61,170 nt of DNA, from IMG/VR virus record IMGVR_UViG_3300048576_000579, positions 1 through 61,170 of that record. One strand, written 5' to 3'. This DNA comes from a virus (taxonomy: Duplodnaviria; Caudoviricetes). The notes beneath the pieces are model-generated. The model was not told the origin of the DNA. It did not search any database and was given only the letters and a program-made list of their open reading frames with translations. Positions 28,050 through 36,164 of this stretch are shown here, one piece after another (positions within the stretch are counted from its first letter, which is position 1; each line of letters begins with the position of its first letter). The position numbers and the translations under genes are program-made.

Positions 28050-30232
28050 TACGCAGCCCCCCCGCCGAACAGCGCAAAATCGCCGCCGGCCGGCATACTG
28101 CCGTCAAAATTCGTCTGCTGTCCTTGGGCGTACTGTGCGCCCGCCAGCGGCCCGCCTTGTCCTGGGGGCAACGCCAGCGGCCCGCCGGGCAACATGGTTT
28201 GCGGCTGGAACGACGAGCCTTGCATTTCCATCTTGTGCGGAACAATGTCGTCGACGTCGAATCCGAGCGTCTTCAGGATATCTCTCAGAATGACAGCCAG
28301 TCCTTGCTGTCCGATGACGGCTAGTATGTTGGGGTTGTTGGCTGCGACCTGCAGGAACTCGTTTTGTCGAATCGCCTGTTGTTCGCGGACTGCCAGCGCT
28401 GAACTTCCGCGAGCGATGATCTTGACGTCGCCACGGTATTTCTCGTCCGACTCGTATTCCAAGAGGTGCCAGAAAGTGCGCTCAACCGAGGGTTCAACCA
28501 CTCCGATGTCGATGTTTCCGACCACTTTTTTGATCCCGCGAGACGCGGCAGTGGTCATCATCGAGTACCCAGACGCCGTTCCAAGCGGCCCGCCCTCTGC
28601 GCTCCCGCGACTACCGTAGGCGTAGGATGGGACAGACTTCTTGTCCGCCTCTGCGCTGAAAAATTCGTAGACGCGTAGCAAGCTGGCGGTCATGTCGTTG
28701 GGCTGAAAAAATTGGATGGGGATGCGCCCGGGCTGCGCATTGCGCATGTCGCCCTGCCAAATCTTCCAAGGATACATGTTCGTGACCTTGGAGCCCTGCG
28801 GCAATAATGAGATGTCCACCCAGACCTGCGGGCCAGAGGCGATGCCCATATGGTTGATCAGGTTGCGCGCCGCAGCGTTGCAGGAATCTTGCGTGTCTTT
28901 GAGAATCTCGGGCAGAGCGATTCCCCAGAACGACCCCGCGACGTTGCGCCACGAGGCCTTGTAGTAGGGCTTGCGGCCCAGACGATCGCCATTGATTTTG
29001 GCCTTGATGACGTGACGACCGATCAGCCAGACTTCGGCGTCGTAGTCCTTGTCCGGATCGTCGATCTCCAGCGGATCAATGCCATACTCCAGCAGGTCGC
29101 TGCCGGGCACCGACCCCCAGAATTGCAGGGCCTCAATCTTGCCGTCCGGGTCCTGGGCGTCCATATCGCGGCCTTCGAGCACCTTGCGCGTGGTCTCGTC
29201 AGAACCGAGAGTCCAGTCTTTCAGCCCTCCTCCTTTGGACTCAACTAGAACGAGCCGAATGGCCTCCTCGTCATAGCCGGACACGCCGATTAACGCATGC
29301 AGGTCGCGCCGCGTCAGTCGGTGCGTCTCGATGAGGTACCCGTCATCGATCGAGGTGGATGACGGCGAGGGCCAGATATCGAAGGGGCTGACGCGCTCGA
29401 AATTGACGACGATCTTTTCAACGACTTCAATCTCACCGCCGACCCATTCCAGTTGTGGCTCTCGCCGCAGGACAGGCCCCTTGATGAACGCCGCCGGAAA
29501 CGTGGACAGGTCTGCAATATGCTCCTTGAGCGCTGCTCTCCAACCAGACTCGGCCAGTTTGTCCTCAATCTTGCTCTCAATGTAGGCGTCTTGCCTCTTC
29601 GCCTCTTGCCGCAACTTGGCGTGCTCCATTTCCAGCAACTCGCCATGGCGCAGAGACAGCGACTCTTGCACATGCGCCATAACCATGCGCATCAACCCCA
29701 TGGCGGCTTCTGGAGATGTAACGGGAACGCCTGTCGCAGCGACGGCCTGCTGAATTTCTTGCTGCGCAAATGCGAAGAACTCGCGCTGAACCTGGGAATG
29801 GACGGCGTCGATGATGTCGGGGCTCAGCTCAGGGACCGGAGTAGGCTTGACACCCCAGGGCTTGTCATCCGCCGGAAGGAGAAAATCTTCGAGCCAGGCT
29901 TCTGCGGCTGCGCATTTTTCGTCGGTGATCATCATGAAGATGGTTGAACCGCCGCGCTCGTTGATCTTGGCCAGTTTGTCCGGCTCATATTCCCCACTGC
30001 GCCGACGCATGCATGACAGCATGCGCTGCGTGACCTTGTTGCGCGCGTCTTTTGCTGCCTCCCAACTCGTCATGACGCGCGCCGCGATGCCTGTTTTGAA
30101 GTTTTGCTCGTTCCCTTGATCTTCTGGCTGGGGGGTTCTCGAGGCCGCCAACGTGTCAGCATACTCCGACACGAGGTCGGTCTGTCGTGGCGTCGAACCC
30201 GGAAAGAGGTCGTTGAGTTCTGTTTTTTGCAT
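28049..30232 (-). CDS. Portal protein (podoviral type)
   Basis: 727 aa; FERVSPFDIWP, FWGIALPEIL..Q..CN, TASG.SM; Q/G/P-rich C-terminal tail. Confidence 0.85.
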   Translation of the reverse strand: MQKTELNDLFPGSTPRQTDLVSEYADTLAASRTPQPEDQGNEQNFKTGIAARVMTSWEAAKDARNKVTQRMLSCMRRRSGEYEPDKLAKINERGGSTIFMMITDEKCAAAEAWLEDFLLPADDKPWGVKPTPVPELSPDIIDAVHSQVQREFFAFAQQEIQQAVAATGVPVTSPEAAMGLMRMVMAHVQESLSLRHGELLEMEHAKLRQEAKRQDAYIESKIEDKLAESGWRAALKEHIADLSTFPAAFIKGPVLRREPQLEWVGGEIEVVEKIVVNFERVSPFDIWPSPSSTSIDDGYLIETHRLTRRDLHALIGVSGYDEEAIRLVLVESKGGGLKDWTLGSDETTRKVLEGRDMDAQDPDGKIEALQFWGSVPGSDLLEYGIDPLEIDDPDKDYDAEVWLIGRHVIKAKINGDRLGRKPYYKASWRNVAGSFWGIALPEILKDTQDSCNAAARNLINHMGIASGPQVWVDISLLPQGSKVTNMYPWKIWQGDMRNAQPGRIPIQFFQPNDMTASLLRVYEFFSAEADKKSVPSYAYGSRGSAEGGPLGTASGYSMMTTAASRGIKKVVGNIDIGVVEPSVERTFWHLLEYESDEKYRGDVKIIARGSSALAVREQQAIRQNEFLQVAANNPNILAVIGQQGLAVILRDILKTLGFDVDDIVPHKMEMQGSSFQPQTMLPGGPLALPPGQGGPLAGAQYAQGQQTNFDGSMPAGGDFALFGGGAA

Positions 30233-30238
30233 GCGCCC

Positions 30239-30574
30239 CTACCCCTTCCCCAACCCCAGCTTGACCTGCACCAGCAGCCACAGCCCCAACCCGATTGCAG
30301 CTATCACCGCCGTCGCAACGCACTTGATGGCCGCGTGCTTCGCCACGGTCATCCCCTGGCGGACCTCGGCGATCATGGCGTTATTGTCGCGCATGACCTC
30401 GATCCCCTTGGCGATATCGTTGCCGCCCAGGTCACGAAACATGCCACAAATGTGGCCCATCTCGGATTGCACCGCTTCCGGAAGACCGCATGCGCACGTC
30501 GCGCGCTGGTCGTCCATCTTGGCAGTGACGGCCGTGGCTATGGCATCGATCTCTTCAGGGGTCAGTAAGGCCAT
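30239..30574 (-). CDS. Membrane protein with one C-terminal TM helix (possible lysis accessory)
   Basis: VATAVIAAIGLGLWLLV; GGAG SD. Confidence 0.55.
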   Translation of the reverse strand: MALLTPEEIDAIATAVTAKMDDQRATCACGLPEAVQSEMGHICGMFRDLGGNDIAKGIEVMRDNNAMIAEVRQGMTVAKHAAIKCVATAVIAAIGLGLWLLVQVKLGLGKG

Positions 30575-30576
30575 GA

Positions 30577-30789
30577 TCACTCCATCTCCGTCTGGCACTC
30601 AGCACACCGGCACACGCCGGGCACAGCCGCCAACCTCGCGGCCTGGATCGGCTGCTCGCACTCTTCACAGACGATCACCCCGTCGATGACCGTCTGGAAG
30701 CCTTTGGAACCGTGCCACTGCGCGGATGCGATCGCCGAGGCGATGTCGAGGGCCTCGTAGGCCTGGGCGGCGTCGGCTTCGTCGGGCAT
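30577..30789 (-). CDS. TraR/DksA C4-type zinc finger protein
   Basis: N-terminal DxxDxA; CEECEQPIQAARLAAVPGVCRCAECQ. Confidence 0.88.
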   Translation of the reverse strand: MPDEADAAQAYEALDIASAIASAQWHGSKGFQTVIDGVIVCEECEQPIQAARLAAVPGVCRCAECQTEME

Positions 30790-30794
30790 GACAG

Positions 30795-31781
30795 CTACTT
30801 CGCCTCGGGCTTGGCCGCAGGCTGACCGAACATCTTGCCCAGCGCGTCGGCGATAGTGGTGGCCAGTTGCGGAGCCAGCGACCCGGCGACTTCGGCCACC
30901 TTCTCGGCGCCGAGGAACTCGAGCGATAAGCCCGATTGCTCACCAGTCACGACGGCCGGCTGCGCCGTAGGCTTCTCGGCCAGCGCGAGGTGGGCCGCGT
31001 CGGGATTATCCGGCGTGGCCAGGGTGTTGGCCGCTGCGATGACAGCGTTTTTGGCAGCATTCCTGATCTTTGCCCAGTCGAGGACGCCTTGGCACAGAAT
31101 GTAAGGAACAACTGCTGTCAGCAGAGCGTTCAGCACATCCTTGTCCAGGTGGATTCCGAGTTTATCCCCGAACGTAATCACGAATGCCGTGATCGACGTG
31201 ACGACGAACTTTTTGGATACGAACCCTCCGAGCAACGCAGCAAGAGCACCCATGTTACCTCCAGCGACGGGAACTACCGCCGCGGTTGTTTTGTCCGGCT
31301 CCAGAAACCACGCGCGCTCGCGTTCGCGTCGCGTCGTGAGGCCTTTGACAACCTGACCATTGTCTTTGTTCCATCTCAACATCTGGTCTGCCGCGCCCTG
31401 GATATCCCCAGCGCGTAAACACTGGACCAGCGTCGATGTTTTTACGCGCTGCGGTACGCCTTCAAATCTTGGCACTCCGATGTTGAAAACAAACGCGCAC
31501 AACGCATCGAACTGGTTTTGACTGAGCTGGAAGGGCAGCGTCGATCCTACGCGGTTGACGCTCTGAACAACCGGCGCGATGTCGGATTCGAAGAGGTGCT
31601 GAGCCTCTACCTCAGTGATCCGTTTGACGCCCACGTCGGCATGTGTGACGGTGCGCGTGTGGCCATGCCCGATGGTGGGCACGCCGCCGCCGTCGTGATA
31701 TGCGACGAGCTTGAGCCCCTCGGAGCCCTTCAACTCCTTCTCTCCGCGCGCGGAGGGCCGCCTGGGTATGTAGGAGGCCAT
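30795..31781 (-). CDS. GH24 lysozyme (endolysin) fused to a C-terminal holin-like membrane domain
   Basis: E-x8-D-x5-T triad (EGLKLVAYHDGGGVPT), QNQFDALCAFVFNIG, GLTTRRERE; C-terminal SKKFVV.. with two hydrophobic segments. Confidence 0.85.
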   Translation of the reverse strand: MASYIPRRPSARGEKELKGSEGLKLVAYHDGGGVPTIGHGHTRTVTHADVGVKRITEVEAQHLFESDIAPVVQSVNRVGSTLPFQLSQNQFDALCAFVFNIGVPRFEGVPQRVKTSTLVQCLRAGDIQGAADQMLRWNKDNGQVVKGLTTRRERERAWFLEPDKTTAAVVPVAGGNMGALAALLGGFVSKKFVVTSITAFVITFGDKLGIHLDKDVLNALLTAVVPYILCQGVLDWAKIRNAAKNAVIAAANTLATPDNPDAAHLALAEKPTAQPAVVTGEQSGLSLEFLGAEKVAEVAGSLAPQLATTIADALGKMFGQPAAKPEAK

Positions 31782-31783
31782 GG

Positions 31784-32209
31784 CTACCACGCCTCCTTGG
31801 TCCCGCCGTTGTAGGGCCTAGCCAACCCGTTGGCCACGAGCTCAGCCGCGATGGACCTGCCTTGGCACCAGACGTCGGCCAGGATGCGGAAATACTTGTC
31901 CCGCCTGATCCTGCGCAGCTCGACCCTGCTCCCGACCTCGCACCACTGGACCACCAGCGATCTGGCGTCGTAGGCCAAGGCCCGCACCTCATCGCGCTTA
32001 TCCTTGAGTTCCGGCGTGTCGATCCCGCCCACGCGGACGCTGATGCCATCGCCGATCACAGGCGGCCATCCCGAAATATCGACGGTCAACGTGTCTCCGT
32101 CGTAGATCGAAACGACCGTGGCCATGGTGGAGCCGTATTCGGATTCCATGGCCTGGACCGGCAGGTAGAGGACCAGGAACACGATGATTGCGAGCATGGC
32201 GTTACGCAT
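31784..32209 (-). CDS. Thermonuclease (SNase) family protein with signal peptide
   Basis: YDGDT, VRVGGIDTPE, DKYFRILA; hydrophobic N-terminus. Confidence 0.9.
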   Translation of the reverse strand: MRNAMLAIIVFLVLYLPVQAMESEYGSTMATVVSIYDGDTLTVDISGWPPVIGDGISVRVGGIDTPELKDKRDEVRALAYDARSLVVQWCEVGSRVELRRIRRDKYFRILADVWCQGRSIAAELVANGLARPYNGGTKEAW

Positions 32210-32564
32210 TGGTTACCTCCTGGATGATCACGCGCTGGGCGACCTTGAGGGTCTCCAGCTCCGTGAGTTTTTCAACGTCCGCGACGTCCGGAGTCTGCCC
32301 CGCCGCAATTGCGTGCGCGATGGACGCCGCAGGACGGATGGATTGCTGATCAAGCTGCGTCAATTCGGCCTTGGCGTTGGCGATAAGGTCGACCGGCGGC
32401 GCGACGTACTCAGAGATCTCTCTACCGGAGTCCAGCCAGTGCTGAACGCTCTGCATATCGTCTGTTTCGCAGGGCCACGCTGCTATGTGACGTATGCCAT
32501 CTGCACAATCGATGATAATTGAACTGTGTCTAGCATCAAAAAATGAAACAGAGACTATGTTCAT
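32202..32564 (-). CDS. Tail fibre assembly/chaperone-like protein
   Basis: Follows the tail fibre; LTQLDQQSIRP C-terminal helix. Confidence 0.55.
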   Translation of the reverse strand: MNIVSVSFFDARHSSIIIDCADGIRHIAAWPCETDDMQSVQHWLDSGREISEYVAPPVDLIANAKAELTQLDQQSIRPAASIAHAIAAGQTPDVADVEKLTELETLKVAQRVIIQEVTNA

Positions 32565-33868
32565 GACGTCAACTCCGCGTTCAAGCTAAGATACCCTCCA
32601 CCAGTAAACGTGTCGTACATCGCACCAGAAACAAGAGCTACGGACCAAGACGCAGAGTATATATGGGAGACTGTACCGTTTCCAATAGCTATTATAGTAG
32701 ACGATGGGGTGGTTTGTACCCCTGTAGCAGTCCTACGCATGTTGCCTATGAACGCAGCAGTCGGAGTAGTTCGCATAACGTAACTATGATTGATACAGAT
32801 TTGGGATGCAGATTCAGCAATTCCAGAGAAATAGACTCTTTGATAATAGTACCGACACAATATTTTCTCTATAGCGTCTTGTCTCGGTTTAAAAATTGGC
32901 ACAAAAGAGCCATACACAAGCTGCACTTTCCCCAATGTTCCTGAACTAAATTTAATAACAGCGTTGGCAGCAGCAGGTAGAGTAACCTGTCCACCATTTG
33001 CAACGGAAGTACCATTCACTGTTGCAGTAGCAGTTCCTTCCCAGGCTAACGTATAGACACCACCTTGAACATTAGCCCCAACTACGCATTGCGACAAACC
33101 GCCGGCCGGAACAGTGAGCAGCTTGCCCTTTCCAAGGGTCGACCATGTTGCGGATTCGCCGCTAACCACCACAAACCATCTACCGAATATAAACTGGTTG
33201 GCAGATGTTGTGGCTGTGCCGGATGCGTAGTCGTACGGCTCAATAGTAAACTCAGGGTTCAGGATTAGATTTTCACTCGCTGCGGATTCTAGGCCCGCAT
33301 CTATCTGCGCATGCGTCTTTGCCCCGGCCCCAGACAATGCAGAATGCGCAAGCTGCCCACCGTGATCCGCATCAGCATGCGTGTGCGCCGTCGGCGTACG
33401 CGCATCGCTCAACCGCGTGTCATTGCCTTTGACGACTTGCGTTGTTGACGCATTCCCCGTTGCCGGAGCATCGAGGGGTGCTGCAGTCCCGAGCGTGGGC
33501 AGGTCTCCGAGCGCTGTATACGAAATTTGTCCACCATCCCCGTCCGAGTGGTCATGATAATTGCCGCCAGCGACGTGGCCTTGGGCCAATACATGCGCGT
33601 CAACCGCGGCATCCGCCGTCCCCGCCTCGTCGTACTCGCCGTCGAGCAGCTCCAGCGCTTGCGCCTTGGACATGCCGGCGCCGACTGGGACCCAGACAAT
33701 CGGAGAGATGGACGACAGCACGTAGAGCGCAGAGGTGTCGAGCTGTAACGCGAACTTGTAGCGGTCGTTGGAGTCAAATCCCGTAGCGGCCAACCGCGCC
33801 GCCGAGTCGGCATACTCCCACGCGTGCGGGACATGGACCTGTTCTCCGGACAGCTCGCGATGGATCAT
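32561..33868 (-). CDS. Tail fibre / receptor-binding protein
   Basis: GNDTRLSDARTPTAHTH motif, H-x-H metal knots, NLILNPEF..RW..CRYYYQ C-terminal domain; GC drop in the distal part. Confidence 0.8.
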   Translation of the reverse strand: MIHRELSGEQVHVPHAWEYADSAARLAATGFDSNDRYKFALQLDTSALYVLSSISPIVWVPVGAGMSKAQALELLDGEYDEAGTADAAVDAHVLAQGHVAGGNYHDHSDGDGGQISYTALGDLPTLGTAAPLDAPATGNASTTQVVKGNDTRLSDARTPTAHTHADADHGGQLAHSALSGAGAKTHAQIDAGLESAASENLILNPEFTIEPYDYASGTATTSANQFIFGRWFVVVSGESATWSTLGKGKLLTVPAGGLSQCVVGANVQGGVYTLAWEGTATATVNGTSVANGGQVTLPAAANAVIKFSSGTLGKVQLVYGSFVPIFKPRQDAIEKILCRYYYQRVYFSGIAESASQICINHSYVMRTTPTAAFIGNMRRTATGVQTTPSSTIIAIGNGTVSHIYSASWSVALVSGAMYDTFTGGGYLSLNAELTS

Positions 33869-33871
33869 GGC

Positions 33872-34039
33872 CTAGCTCCCAGCCTCGCAGACGATGTCCA
33901 CGCGCCCGTTGGCGTTGGTCTCGTAGACAAATTCCGGCGTGGTCTCGCCGTCGGCGAGCTCCATGACTGGCTCAGCGATGAGCGGCTCGGACTCGACGAG
34001 TCGGCCGTCCTGGAGGACGATGGACTTGCTCAGGGCCAT
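33872..34039 (-). CDS. Small fibre-associated protein, 55 aa
   Basis: ATG 1 nt after the upstream stop; MALSKSIVLQDGRLVE. Confidence 0.55.
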   Translation of the reverse strand: MALSKSIVLQDGRLVESEPLIAEPVMELADGETTPEFVYETNANGRVDIVCEAGS

Positions 34040-34040
34040 G

Positions 34041-34559
34041 TTACGTCGTCGCCTTTGTGACTGATTTCTTTGGAGCGAAATCAATGGTCGTAGCAGAGGT
34101 GCATTCGCCAATCTCCTGAACCAGGTTCGCAGAACCGGAGGGGGCTGTTGGCGTCGCTTGTCCAGCGGTTGTCGCGAGGAACATGATTTGACCACAGGTC
34201 AGACCAGTCAGATGGCTGTTCAGACCGCGCTTGTAGACCTGGACAGTCGCCCCGCTTGCGAAGGACGAGAGAACGAACCCATTGGCAGGCTTGCCGTTCG
34301 TTGTCGCATCCGCTTTACGTACACTCGGAGTTCCCGAATTGTCGTATAGGTTCACGAAATCACCGTCGGCCAGAGCTTCTGTTGCTGCTGCGCTTACGAT
34401 GTCAGCTCCGACTCCAGTCGGCATGACGGACATGTCCAGTCTTCCGGAATCATCCAGCGCAACGAGCTTTCCGGCATCGGAAGAACCCGACGAGATTACC
34501 AAGCCGACATATTCTATGATTTTTCCTGCAATATCTCGCAAATACGTGTAGGCCGACAT
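34041..34559 (-). CDS. Fibre/cement-like structural protein (DUF2190-like beta module)
   Basis: DAGKLVALDDSGRLD and ATEALADGDFVNL..KADA. Confidence 0.65.
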   Translation of the reverse strand: MSAYTYLRDIAGKIIEYVGLVISSGSSDAGKLVALDDSGRLDMSVMPTGVGADIVSAAATEALADGDFVNLYDNSGTPSVRKADATTNGKPANGFVLSSFASGATVQVYKRGLNSHLTGLTCGQIMFLATTAGQATPTAPSGSANLVQEIGECTSATTIDFAPKKSVTKATT

Positions 34560-34561
34560 GA

Positions 34562-34897
34562 CTACGCTCCCTTAAATGTTGCTCGTTGCAGTTGCACCAC
34601 CATCCCGCCCGAGACCGGGAATCCAATCACGCACGACCAGGCCGCACCCACAGGCTCGACCTGCACCGGAACGCCCGAGAACCCGCAGAAAACCGGCAAA
34701 TCCTCTACCCATGACCAACTCGACTCCAGCACAAGCCCGGCCGTGCACACGCGCACCGCCGCACCCTTGGCCACGGCCTCCAGTGTCATCCCGATGATGC
34801 GCGCGCCGTACACCGCGTTGGTCGGGTCCGCGTAGTAGATCAGCCCGTCGTATCCGCGGATCACGACACGATTGCCGCCCAGGGCCTCGCCCGCCAC
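34562..34897 (-). CDS. Paralogue of the adjacent DUF2190-like module
   Basis: AGEALGGNRVV..YADPTN; in frame with the upstream ORF across a single TGA. Confidence 0.65.
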   Translation of the reverse strand: MAGEALGGNRVVIRGYDGLIYYADPTNAVYGARIIGMTLEAVAKGAAVRVCTAGLVLESSWSWVEDLPVFCGFSGVPVQVEPVGAAWSCVIGFPVSGGMVVQLQRATFKGA

Positions 34898-34921
34898 GAA
34901 GGAGGAGACCTCCTGAGCGCT

Positions 34922-35242
34922 TCACGTTGGGCTCTCCAGGTCATCAACGTTGCAGTCCTCGTTGGGGACCACGACGCAGCGCACGACTGGCGCGAGGTCT
35001 TCGCCTAGTCGCATGGTCAGCTTGTAGTGTGTGGAATTTTTACCAATCGTATTTGGGACGAGCTTGATCGTGCAGGAGCCCGTGGAATCCGTCACACCGA
35101 CACGGGTGCATTGAGCTTGCGCGATGGTCATACCGACCAGGCGCATGTCCTCGCTGAGCTCCGCCGTTATCGTCGCTCCCTCTACGGGGTTAAGCTGGGA
35201 GTCGGCGGCGATCCAGGTGACATTGACGGTCGTAGCAGCCAT
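34922..35242 (-). CDS. Hypothetical beta-sandwich (carboxypeptidase-regulatory-like) structural protein
   Basis: PVEGATITA..GVTDSTGSCTIKLVPN. Confidence 0.6.
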   Translation of the reverse strand: MAATTVNVTWIAADSQLNPVEGATITAELSEDMRLVGMTIAQAQCTRVGVTDSTGSCTIKLVPNTIGKNSTHYKLTMRLGEDLAPVVRCVVVPNEDCNVDDLESPT

Positions 35243-35306
35243 GCGAGCCCCTTTGTATGAGGCGCATGGTATAAGGCAGGTAGTCTAGAAATAAAGAAGA
35301 CAATCC

Positions 35307-35492
35307 CTAGATATGGCTATTTAGGGATTTAGCTTGAATCTCCCTGGAGTAGACCGGCTCGACAGGCTCCTCGGACGTCGTAAATGAACATCCGCACGAG
35401 GTGTTTGTGCATCGTCGAATTCTCATGACTCCGGTATCGGTCTTTCTGGTGTCTATCACCGACATCGGGCTTTTGCATTTTGGGCATTTCAT
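35307..35492 (-). CDS. Ogr/Delta- or NrdR-N-like zinc-ribbon regulator
   Basis: MKCPKC..VIDTR..RRCTNTSCGCSFTTSE. Confidence 0.7.
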   Translation of the reverse strand: MKCPKCKSPMSVIDTRKTDTGVMRIRRCTNTSCGCSFTTSEEPVEPVYSREIQAKSLNSHI

Positions 35493-36164
35493 CTACGTCC
35501 ACCCCTCGCTTGATATAACACTAACCGCCTGCTCCACGGCCCGGCTATGCGCAAACCCATGCCGCTCCGCTCGATCTCCGGCCCACAGCGCGGTTGCCAC
35601 GGCCATGGCCAACCCTGTCCGCTCCCCCTCTCGCCACACGCCCCACTGATCAACTTTGGGCTTTGCATCACTCAACGCCATCAGCTCACGCTGTAGTTCG
35701 TCGATATGGTTGACGCCGTCCACGATCTTGACGCGTCCAGCTTCGAGCAGGCCTTGCGTCACAAGCACCATATCCAGCAGCGGAACGCGCACATACCGCG
35801 GGTATTTCGCACTCGGCTCGACCTCGCGGCCCTCCACAACGGCCACGCACAGAGGAGCGAACCCTGCCGCCTCGAACGCCTCACCCCCCATGACTCCAGT
35901 CGATGTCACGTCCAACGCCAGCATGGGCTCCTGATATCCGACCGGCCGCAGCACGCCCTTGTTGAACGTCTTACGCAGATCCTTGGCCACGTCCGCGTAT
36001 GGAGTCTGCAGCGCATACCGCTTGAGTTGGCGCAGCGTGTAGTCGGTCTGCGGCTTATCCGCTCCGAACGGCCGATGCGACACGCGCTCGATGAATGCGG
36101 CTGCTGTCATGTCTCCAGCCCCAGCCAGCGACACGGACACGATGAAAAACGCCACTCTGCTCAT
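35493..36164 (-). CDS. Stand-alone terminase-type RNase H-fold domain, catalytically degenerate
   Basis: LDVTSTGV, VRVP..DMV, WREGERTGLAMAVATALW; ATGA coupling to terL. Confidence 0.6.
   Translation of the reverse strand: MSRVAFFIVSVSLAGAGDMTAAAFIERVSHRPFGADKPQTDYTLRQLKRYALQTPYADVAKDLRKTFNKGVLRPVGYQEPMLALDVTSTGVMGGEAFEAAGFAPLCVAVVEGREVEPSAKYPRYVRVPLLDMVLVTQGLLEAGRVKIVDGVNHIDELQRELMALSDAKPKVDQWGVWREGERTGLAMAVATALWAGDRAERHGFAHSRAVEQAVSVISSEGWT

Noticed and set aside
34922-34924. Selenocysteine recoding of the in-frame UGA
   Set aside because: No redox motif context, and the small downstream hairpin does not resemble a bacterial SECIS
34572-34925. GTG-start ORF overlapping the TGA
   Set aside because: R/G-rich off-frame composition; the protein-like frame is 34562-34897
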